Positions 53,965 through 64,000 of a stretch of DNA of 64,000 nt are shown piece by piece (position 1 is the stretch's first letter; each line of letters begins with the position of its first letter). The DNA comes from Heteronotia binoei. Taxonomy: Eukaryota. The notes beneath the pieces are model-generated. The model saw nothing but the letters and a program-made list of their open reading frames with translations. It was not told the origin of the DNA and ran no database searches. A program made the position numbers and the translations under genes. Where the stretch lies: NCBI RefSeq assembly GCF_032191835.1, contig NC_083236.1:72292001-72356000 (forward strand), given 5' to 3'.

Positions 53965-56900
53965 ATGCCGCCGGGGAGGCGCTCCCGGGCCGGGCTCTGC
54001 TCGCTGGCCGCCCTGGCGCTCGCCCTCCTGGCCGCCCTCACCGTCCTGCCGCCCCTGCTGCTGGCCTTCCGGAGCCACGGTGTGTGCGGGGCCGAGCGGG
54101 CCGGCCGGGCCGGGGATCCGCCTCCATCCCTCCCTGACGCCCCGCTCTCTCTCTCTCTCCCCCCGCAGGCTTCTGGCTGAAGCGCAGCAGCTACGCCGAG
54201 CAGCCCTCCGTCCGCTTCCTGCACCAGGGGCTCCTAGCCGCGCTCACGCAAGGCGGCGGCTCTCTGGGCTGGAGCTCCTTCGCCGCCTGCAACCGCCTGC
54301 TGGGCGCCCGCCTCCGCCTCCCGCGCCTCTCGGTACGCCGCCCTGGGGCTGGGGCTGGGGGGAGGAGCCTCGCCTCCCCTCCCTCCCTCCCCCCCTTCAG
54401 CTCCCTGGAGGGCGACCCCAGCACCGGCGCGCCACTCCCCCCCCCCCCCGAGGAAGCAGTGCAGGCTGCATGGGCGCTCATGCAGAAAGGGCGATGGGAC
54501 CACGTCCAACCACACACCAGGTGCAGGGCCAGTGGAAGTTGTTCAGTGGGTTGTTGTAGAGTCCTGCAATCCCCAGGTGTCCTCAGGGCTTCCCTGAAGA
54601 CCAGTTTCTCCTGGACCTCCAGATTGCCCTGCCCAGGCTAGTCGGGTCTCAGAAGCTGAGCAGGGTATTTGGATGGGAGACCAGGGGCGTGATCCAGAAA
54701 CCATCTCTGAATTGTCTCTTGCCTTGTAAACAAGTCTAGCTCAACACCTAGTGGGGCATAATGCTGAAAGAGCCAGAACTTCTGGCTGTCAGACAGCCCT
54801 AGGATCTTCTGGCTGTTCCATACACAATACCATACAACAGTTAATTAACATTGTGGTAGGTTATCCTGGTGACTACATTTCGACTGCTATCAGAGCTGTG
54901 AGATTGTGGACCCCAGGTGAGCTGCTGTGTGGGGTCAGTGTAGCGGCAGTTCCTTGTGTGGTCATCAAGGTGGGCTCTAGAGAAGCAGCTCTGAAACTGA
55001 GGTAATTGTCTCTAGAACTGTTCTGATCAAACCTTCCCTTTTGCTGCTTAGGCTAGAGAGGAAGACATCAATCAAGATGGCGTGATGGACCTATTACATT
55101 TTCAGCTGGAGCTTCCCCTACAATCCACAGAGCAAATACTTGGGATACAGCTCATTCTGACTTTCAGTTACCAGCTACAAGTGAGTATCCCAGAGGTCCG
55201 GCTGTTGTCTCTGCAACACGTCAAAGGTTCTGGGCTGCAGTTCTAAGGGCACTGGGTCGAAGCAACATGGGATTCTGAGTAGACCTTCTTCTGATTCCTC
55301 CTGATGTATGGGAAATGAGTGGCCTCGATCCTGTGGCTCAGCTAAGATGGTGGGTGGTTTACTTCTCTAGCCCATGCACAGCTAGCAGCATAAACCATAG
55401 AGTCTTAATGGGAGGGCTTATGGTCATCAAATATATGAGATATTTTCAGTGGATAAATATATCTGTATAAATAAAGAGCAGAGGCAAATATAAACAAAGG
55501 CCATTTATTATAAGAGGTTGTAGTAGATATGTGACGTTTTTGTGTGTAGCCAGAAAATATGGAAGACAGGAACAGCTATCAGTCCATAATAGATGTGGCA
55601 GAACAGGCCCACAGGCCCTGTTTCCGCCCTGCCCTTCTGGAGAGTATCTCTCTCTGTCTCATAACTACCGCCACCACCTGACCTTTGTATGGATTTGCTC
55701 TCTGGGAGGGTCAGGACTCCCACCTTCCCTTCCAAGTTCTGAGGCCTTGCCTCTATCTCCCACTGCCTAGCGCTTGAATACCATGGGGACAGTTTGCTGT
55801 GTGTGGCCCTGGGGGAGTAGCCACTTGCCTACTGCCTGTCTTCCCCCTGGTGCTCCTTTTAAGACAGCATAGCCAAAATGGTAGTGGTACAGAGAACCAC
55901 TCCCAGCACCCAGTGATAAAATATGTATCCTATATATGTCTCATCTTGGCAAATCCAAGCTCCCTCATTGACTGGGACTGGGTGGGACTGAAGTGCATCA
56001 ACCTGTGGCTTGTCAAGCCATCAATCAACTGTTCTTGCATAGCACTGGCTGACTCTGCTCTTGGCCTTGGGACAGATGAGGCCTGATTGGCCCTCTGGGG
56101 AAATTGCTAGGCAGTGGCTGCTGCTAGACAACTTATCTTGGTTCTCTAAGTAAAAAGCAACCAAGCTTGGTTCTCTCAGTAAAAGGCATGGGGGAGGCCC
56201 TTTCAAGTTCTGTTTTGGCTTTTGAGGGAAAACTCATTGGTTGACTCAGCTCCTTTCTCCCACCTGTTGCTTGCCAGCCAAGCCGCTTCTGTCAGTCAAA
56301 GGCAACCAACCTTGGTTCTGGCAGTTTATGGCTCTCCCATTGGCTATGCCACCTGTCACTCTGCTTTGCAGAGGAGAGAAAAAAAAGCCTTCCCTCAACT
56401 GGCTGAGGGATGGAGGAGGGAAAGAGTCATAGAGAAAGCCTCACAATTGGCTGAGGAACAGAATAGTAGGGACGGCTTTCTCTCGATTGGCTGAGGGCTC
56501 CCTTGATTGGCTGAGGACTCCACTGTCCTCCTCTGGAAAGGAAACAGACAGACAGGGGAATAAATGGCATCCTGTAGTACCAAGCCATATTCAGAGAGAG
56601 AGAGATAGGGAGAGAAAGCGAGAGACAGAGATTGAAGTCCTATACTTAAGAGAGGGAGCTTTATTAGAGAGGGAGTGTTGGTCTGAAAGGGGGCCGTTGG
56701 GGCCAGTCCTGACTAGGGCTGCCAGTTCCAGGTTGGTGGGAAATTCATGGCAATTCTGTGATGGAGTTTTGAGGAGGGCATAGGAGTTAGGAGCTTCAGA
56801 GTAGGGACTCCCAGACCCAGGTTCTTGCTATGGAAGCTGGCTGGGTGATTTCGGACCAGTCACAGACTTCCAGCTTAACCTGCCTCACAGGGTTGTTGTG

Positions 56901-59900
56901 CAGATCAAAGTGGGGAGAGGAGAATGATATAAGCTGCTTTGGTGCCCCCCCCTACTGTGGAGGAGGACTGTCCTTTTCTAATGTAGAGGTTGCAGGGAGG
57001 TGGAAGGCGATGGAAAGTTGAAGTCAGAGGGGCAGATAAAGGGAAGGAGATAGGGTTGCTAACTCCAGGTTAGGAAATTCCTGGAGATTTAAGGGGTGGA
57101 GTCTGGAGAGGGTGGGGTTTGAGGAGGGGGTGGGACCTCAGACAGGTACAGTGCCATACATCACCCTCCAAACCAGTAATTTCCTTCTTGGGAACCACTG
57201 TTGCCAATTTCCAGGTGACAGCGGGAGATCATTCAGAATTACAGTCACTCTCCAGATGGCAGAGATCAGCCCCCCCTTGAGGTGGGGGGAAGGGAATGAA
57301 TGCCTTCACATGGGTGGTGGGGCACTTTATTCCCAGTTAAAAAGAAAAAATGTAAAAACATACTGTTAGCGCAGCACCAGACTGAACAAGGGTTACAAAA
57401 GAAATGGGGGGAAATGCAAATCCTCAGTCCCACTCGCTATACGTGCCCCATCAGATGGCTCCTTTTACTTAGGCTCTTTTTGCTGAGGATGTTACAGATT
57501 CCTAGAGTTTCCTTTTTGAAGCCTGCTCTAGCTGTTGAGTAGAGCACATGGTCACTGGCTGTCTTCCCAGTGGAGAGTCTGTGTGTCCTCATGGATGCAG
57601 GGCCCAAGGAAAACAGACCTGTAGCACAGTGTTTTTATATCTGTTCTTCCCCTGACCAGGTCATGCCAGGTCAAAGAAGCATTTTCTGGAGATCTCTAAC
57701 AATCTGTTTTCTGAAGATTTCTAGCATTCTATTCCTCCCAAACTCTGTCCCCTGCTCGGAGAAGGAAAAAAGCTTAAGTCACCCATTCTTTCTCCTGTTA
57801 GATCGATAAACCCATTCTCATTAAGACCCAATCGAATGGAATCGGATTTGCTGAGAAATCCTTCCAAAGCAGTTGCCTTTTAGAGCTTTCTTTGAAGTCT
57901 TCATAACTGCGGCAGAGGGCCTGCGAGGATGAAGAACGTATGAATATATGAAGCTGCCTTCTACTGAATCAGACCCCCTTTGGTCCATCAAAGTCAGTAT
58001 TGTCTACTCAGACTGGCAGTGGCTCTCCAGGATCTCCAGCTGAGGTTTTTCACACCTATTTGCCTGGACTCTTTAGTTGGAGATGCCGGGGATTGAACCT
58101 GGGACCTTCTGCTTACCAAGCAGATGCTCTACCACTGAGCCACTGTCCCTCCCCAAGTGGGTGCCTGAAGCGTTTCCCTCTGACCTGTCCCTCTTAACAG
58201 TTTTCCACATGAGCAGTGTGTTCGGTCATTCCTTAGTGTTGAACTTACAGTCTGTGTGCTTGTAGGTGGCACGTGCGCATGGTTGGGAGGCAAGGACCAG
58301 TTCCATCACATGTCAGGATGAGCCTCTGCTCGTGAGGCCAATGTTATTAGGTTCTGTAGCAGCACCTTTGAGTGTACATATGATGCTACCTTATACCAAG
58401 GTGAACTGTTGAGTCTGCCTACTCAGTACTTGCTGCTCTGGCTGTGGTTCTCTGAGGCTGCAGCTTATGTTGGGGACAGAGCTGGTGCTGGGTTTGTTGA
58501 CAGGCCTGAAAAAGGTAAAGGTAGTCACCTGTGCAAGCACCAGTCATTTCCAACTCAGGTGACATCACATCACAATGTTTTCACGGCAGACTTTTTACGG
58601 GGTGGTTTGTCATTGCCTTCCCCATTCATCTACACTTTCCCCCCAGCAAGCTGGGGGCTCATTTTACCGACCTCGGAAGGATGGAAGGCTGAGTCAGCCT
58701 TGAGCGAGCTACCTGAACCCAGCTTCCGCTGGGATTGAACTCAAGTCATGAGCAGGGCTTGGACTGCAGTACTGCAGTTTACCACTCTACGCCACGGGGC
58801 TCTTGACGGGTATAGTCCCTGGATTTACGTCTCTGATTCCTGGTGAGGAGCCTCTGTAGATGAGATGCTGTCCGTAAGCAAGGAGAGACTGCCCACTCAA
58901 GCATAGTAACTAAGCAAATTCAAGAGGAAAAAATCTAGGAGTTGTAACTGTATTCTTCAGCAAACGAGGAACTCTTCCACTAATCATGATGCCAAACCAC
59001 TCCTGTGGCAAAAATGCACCAGTGGCATTCCTGTGCACTGTCTTGGGGAGTTCTCTCTGTCAGAGCTGCAGTGACAGAGAACAGGTTAGTAGACTAGATG
59101 GACCTTTGGTCTGATCCAGCACTGTCCCTCCCCCTCAAAATTTTGCACAAATTCCTGGCTGCTTTATCTACCTGATACATGCCCTTCTTCATGCAGTCTC
59201 AGCTCTTTGCACCAGTAAATCAGGCTGGCTGGCAAGCCTGGCTGAAGATGGCACTTGGCTACCTTAAACTATGGTCAGGGTTATCCAGTGCACACATTCT
59301 GAGAGGACAGAAACAAGGTGGGAGTCTTCCAGGGCGTAAGCTTGCTGCTTATAGTGAGCTTTGACTGGAGTGAATGCACAGGGCTGAGTTTTTGGTCTGC
59401 TAAGATGGCATCTGATATGCAGCTGGCGTCAGCTTCCTCTATACAGACGGTGCCTTATATAATTTAAAACATTTTTTTATTTATGGTTTTTTCATCTTCC
59501 TGCTCCAAGAAGGTTACAGCCCTCTTTTGGGGAGGGGGGGACTGCAGGGGGGGGGGGAAGAAAGAGAGACTGAAGGGCAGCAGGATGTTGGCCTGAGAAC
59601 TCAGTGCCTGTGCCAAAGGCTGGGTGCGACTGGAAGGAAGGACTGCTACTTCTCACTGAGCCGGAAGCAGCAGCATGCATGCATGCGCCGCTCGGGCCTG
59701 GTCAGCCTCTGTCTAGGAATGACTCTGGAGCCCACAGCATACCAAGAATACACTGCTGAAATATAGGCCGCATTCCCTCCAGAAGAGCCATTTCTTTTCA
59801 ACTGAGATGATACTAAATGGGGAGGGGTTGCAAACACAGAAGAAGACAGAAACAGGATACAGGATGACCTTGACAGGCTGGAAAACTGGGCTAAAACCAA

Positions 59901-62900
59901 TAAAATGAATTTTAACAGGGATAAATGTAAAGTTCTGCATTTAGGTAGGAAAAATCCAATGCATGGTTATAGGATGGGGAAGACTTGTATTAGCAGTAGT
60001 ATGTGTGAAAAGGATCTAGGGGTCTTAGTGGATAATACGCTGAACATGAGTCAACAGTGTGATGCAGTAGCTACAAAGGCCAATGTGATTCTGGGCTGTG
60101 TCAACAGAAGTCTAGAGTTCAGATCCGGTGAAGTGACATTGGGTTTTTCCTACCTGCATGGTTATAGGATGGGGAAGGCTTGTCTTAGCAGTAGTATGTG
60201 CGAAAAGGATCTAGGGGTCGTTCAGCCCAATCCAGAGAGCTGCTGTGTAGCTGCGCTCGAGTGCAGAACTAGCGCCTGCGGCCATAGTTGGCTCCCAAAG
60301 GAAAGACATTTCGAGGGGGAAGAGCGGCCTGATGAGCGAGAGAGAACCCTTTGCCATGGTGATTCTGCCCAGGCGCACGCCATTGGCCTGCTGCTGAGGC
60401 AGGGGTGGGGGAGGCACAGGCTCGCGCGGGACCACGGGATTGGCCAGCCCATTGTACGTGACCGGACGAGGGGACAGAAAGCCTGTGCCTGAGAGGCCGT
60501 CAATCCCCCCGCTCCCTCCCGCTGTCAGAGACTCTGCCAATGGCAGGCAGAGGCATGCGTAGACAAGCAGGAAGTCCCAAGTGCAGGAGTTCGCTATCCT
60601 AGACAGCGGCTGGAGTGTGTGTCTGGGAGTGGCCAGACCACGTCCGAAAGACACCACCACCCAGAGCCCTCCCCCGGTGTTGCCCTGCTGTCACCCCCTG
60701 CTATGTGCAAGGAACACCTCCCCTGGGGGCCGCAGAACTCAGAGTGCGAGCTGCTGGGCATGCATCCACTTCAGCAGCACCCTCCCCAGTGCCCTGCACA
60801 CAACAGCCCTGTGCGGTCGGGTAGGCCGTCAGCCCGGGCAGGCTGAAGGGAGCCACTCCCCCTCCCCTGTCCAGCCATGAGGGGGGCAGTGTGGCGGCTC
60901 ATAGCCCATTTCCCCCCACCCCAAGAACCAAGTCTGCCCACCCTCCCAGGCATTCCCTTGGAGAGGCCACTGACAGGGGGGGTTGCCCTGGGAATGCGCA
61001 GCAGATGCCAAGCAGGAGAGACAACAGAGGGCACAGCTCAGACTTTATTTTTTCAGAACAGAGTGCAACAGTTTCCCTGGAGCGCGCTGGGCAGTCTCGC
61101 CGTGGGTGGGGCTGCATTCCAAGTGGTGGGCAGAAACAGCTGAGGGAGTGGGGGGGCAGTGGAGTGACACACATGGAAGCCTCTGTGCTTGAGTCCCACC
61201 TGCAAAACAGAGACAGAAATCAAGAGCACCTGCAGGGGCGGTAGCTGGAAGAGCAAGCAGTTTCAGCCGGGCGCTCTCTTAAAGGGACAGTCTCTGACCC
61301 GCCTCCCCGCATCGGGGCAGCTGCCACCACCCCTCCCATGCCCTTCCAGGGGATGGGAATGCGGCAGAGGGCAGACCAAGGGAAGCAGGCAGCAGCACAG
61401 GAGAGCGGGCTCAGCCAGTGCCAACTGCCTGGTTCAAGTGCCAGGGACGCTCACACACCAAGCAGCCAAGAGCGAGGGAAGGGGAGGGGGAGGACGGGGG
61501 GGGGGGGACAATGAAACTTATCCAGCCGTGGGCGACCGTCCTCACTCACATGCAGAGCCTCCAGAAGCCCAGAACCAAGAGCTCTCCCCCTCGCAAGTCA
61601 AAGCTACTGTCAAAGCAACTGCGCAGTCAACACTCGTCACCAACGTGCCTGCCTGTCCCTCACTCTAAGTCTGTATGGCCGGGAGCTCGCCAGCAGAACT
61701 TCCCGCCATGCAAACCTGTCCCTAACAACTGAGTTGTGTGAGGCAGAGCAGAAGTATTTCTAGGAGGGGGGGGGGGCGATTGGGCGCTGGGGAGGGGGCT
61801 TGCCAGGCCGAGGGGTGAGGGGATTGGTGAGGCAATCACGCCGCTCCCTAAGGGGTTTGCAAGCTTCCGCAGTGGCGGAAGCAACCTTTGTTTTTGGTTT
61901 CAACGAGTGTCCATGGGACACGCCGCTATTTTTGCAGGTGTAACGTTGCGCCTCTCGAGGGAGGGGCGTGTCATGGGCCAAACTGCTCAGGAAGCTGCCT
62001 AAGCCTGGCCGCGCCCCCAACTCCACCCCCTCCTCTGCCTGAGCACCATACTCCGCCTCACTTCCGCCCATGCTCAGGTGCAGCTGCTCTCGGGTGGAGT
62101 GACGCTGGGGTGGCCCCCCGCCCACATAACTCCCCTCCACTGTGGCTGCACTGGTCATACGTCGGTGCAAATGCTTCTGGCGCCCATGTAGCGGCAAGTC
62201 CACTCCCAGAGTGCTTTCAGCCCCCCCCCCCCCCAGATTGTGCTGTTAGTGGATCATACACTGAACCTCAGTCAACAGTGTGATGCGGTGGCTAAAAAGG
62301 CAAATGTAATTTTGGGCTGTATCAACAGAAGTATAGTGTCCAGATCCCATGATATGATGGTATCGCTTTGCTCTGGTAAGACTTCACCTGGAGTATTGTG
62401 TTCAGTTTTGGGCACCACATCTTAAGAAGGATATAGACAAGCTGGAACAGATCCAGAGGAGGGCAACAAAGATGGTGAGGGATTTGGAGACCAAGTCCTA
62501 TGAGGAAAGGTTGAAGGAACTGGGGATGTTTAGCCTGGAGAGGAGGTGGCTGAGAGGTGATAGGATCACCATCTTCAAGTACTTGAAGGGCTGTCATATA
62601 GAGGATGGTGTGGAATTGTTTTCTGTGGCCCCAGAAGGTAGGACCAGAACCAGTGGTTGAAATTAAATCAAAAGAGTTTCCGGCTCAACATGAGGAAGAA
62701 CTTCCCGATAGAGCGATTCCTCAGTGGAACAGGCTTCCTCAGGAGGTGGTGGGCTCTCCTCTCCTTCTTTGGAGGTTTTTCAACAGAGGCTAGATGGCCA
62801 TCTGACAGCAGTGAGGATCCTGTGAATTTAGGGGGAGGAGTTTGTGAGTTTCCTGCATTGTGTGACACAGCAGGTTGAGCCAAAGACAGACACAAGAGGA

Positions 62901-63937
62901 GAGGAACAGGCCCAGGCAGGCAGTCTGTTGTGTGAGACAGCAGGTCAGGCCAAAGACAAACCCCGCTCCTTGCTTGCTGCTGCCGTTTCAGAGAATGTCC
63001 ACATTTGTGATGCAGAGCATGGCCTACCTCCAGTCCTTCTCCCCTGTGCCAGGGTCACGAGTCGTCGTGAACGGAGACCTGAAGCTGCGTCAGAGGCAGC
63101 CGCTTGGCCATTGTGGGCTGGACAACAGATACAATGTGAGTGCTGCCTGGTGTGGCTGGAGTGAAATGCTGTGCTCAGCGGGGGGAGGCCAGTAAAAGGT
63201 GTGTCTGCAGTAGTGCAGTCTGGTGGGAGGCTGTTATGACTCAGAAAAGGATAAGAGGGTTGGAAGGGCTGCTGCAGCTGCCTACAGTTCTTGGAATCAG
63301 TGGGGCAAATGCAGAATTACTGTTCCTGTCACATATTGTTTACAAGTGTGCATAAACATACAGCATCTTTTAAAATGGCAGAAATGTTACAGCATAATAA
63401 TCCACCTGTTGGGGTCCTTAGCACAGGGGATGGTATCAAGGATTAGTGCAGTTGCCAGAAATACAGAACAGCCTTGGTCAGAGGATGTCTGTACCACGGT
63501 TTTGAGGGCTCCTCAGCATCGAAGCGACTGGAAGCTCATAATGGGAACCTCTGTAGTTATCCCAGTTGACTGTAGCTGCTGTCTGAGAGTGTGGCAGGTC
63601 GTCCCTCTCAGGATGACTGTTGGTGCTCTTGTGGCAGGTATCGGTGATCAATGGCTCAAGCCCTTTTGCCCAGGATTATGATCTCCAGAACATAGTGGCA
63701 GCATATCAGGCGAGAAATGGTAAGCTTGCATGCAACACAACCTTTCCTAGAACAGCTTAGACTTGTCTGCATGTGTTCTTCCAGAATACTTTGGTTATTG
63801 ATGGCAAAATCCTGCTTTTTCTTTGCAGTCACAACAGTTTTGTCTACTGACACGGGCCCCATCTGGGTGGTTGGAAGAGCACCCAGTGACCCTTTTGTGA
63901 TCCAGGCCACCATCCATTACCCAGTGGAACTGATTGT
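53965..63937 (+). CDS. TMEM231: Transmembrane protein 231 (ciliary transition zone), exons 1-6; last exon lies beyond the window
   Basis: Exons 53965-54079, 54169-54332, 55052-55180, 62992-63135, 63638-63719, 63829-63937 with consistent phases. Peptides RAGLCS...[11 protein letters not shown]|[71 protein letters not shown]. Start codon less certain. Confidence 0.93.
57945..58154 (-). mobile_element. tRNA-derived SINE
   Basis: - strand has A box TGGCTCAGTGGT and B box GGTTCAATCCC, followed by a ~130-nt non-tRNA body. Confidence 0.75.
58515..58805 (-). mobile_element. Sauria-type SINE
   Basis: Reverse complement of the 41783-42075 family (AAAGGTAAAGGTAGTC...CTACGCCACGGGGCTC). Confidence 0.8.
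59830..62872 (+). mobile_element. CR1 LINE 3' portion interrupted by the TIR element
   Basis: [17 protein letters not shown]...[28 protein letters not shown] before 60220. Resumes at 62246 (TTAGTGGATCATACACTGAAC) through [11 protein letters not shown] to the 3' UTR. Confidence 0.88.
60223..62245. mobile_element. Unclassified ~2.0 kb TIR-bounded element, copy 2
   Basis: Starts CAGCCCAATCCAGA and ends CCAGATTGTGCTG. Splits a CR1 at GGTC^TTAGTG. Homologous to 19535-21684. Confidence 0.65.
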
Positions 63938-63947
63938 ATATCCTTTT
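63938..63947 (+). other. U12-type (minor spliceosome) AT-AC 5' splice site in TMEM231
   Basis: The exon ends ...GAA CTG ATT GT| followed by ATATCCTTTT, a match to the U12 donor consensus RTATCCTTT. Confidence 0.88.
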
Positions 63948-64000
63948 GACTGCTGGGCGGTCTGGCACACAGGAGAGCGGTAGGGCAGTTTTGAGTAGAG

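Noticed and set aside
58084-58154. tRNA gene
   Set aside because: A and B boxes are present, but the sequence continues into a SINE body and I cannot fold a complete cloverleaf with a paired acceptor stem.

Overview
Vertebrate genomic DNA, not prokaryotic. The Sauria-type SINEs, CR1/L2/RTE LINEs and hAT MITEs point to a squamate, probably a gecko (inference). The window holds the gene block known from human 16q23.1 in the same order and orientation: TERF2IP/RAP1 (-, partial), KARS1 (+, complete, cytosolic and mitochondrial first exons), ADAT1 (+, complete), GABARAPL2 (-, complete) and TMEM231 (+, runs off the window). All exons were assembled by hand with consistent splice phases. Most unusual points: (1) TERF2IP has intact exons 2-3, but I find no BRCT+Myb exon 1; the gap up to the shared KARS1 promoter is filled by a ~5.2 kb, ~28-copy, ~185 bp satellite that aligns to the 3' end of a CR1 LINE. 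(2) The KARS1 mitochondrial exon begins only 27 nt after the cytosolic exon-1 donor, so isoform choice looks like alternative 5' splice-site use rather than a cassette exon. (3) GABARAPL2 appears to have lost one intron precisely. (4) A 263 bp GABARAPL2/TMEM231 divergent promoter carries two X-box-like and one CLEAR-like motif. (5) TMEM231 has a U12-type AT-AC donor. (6) A second GC-rich minisatellite abuts the ADAT1 start codon.
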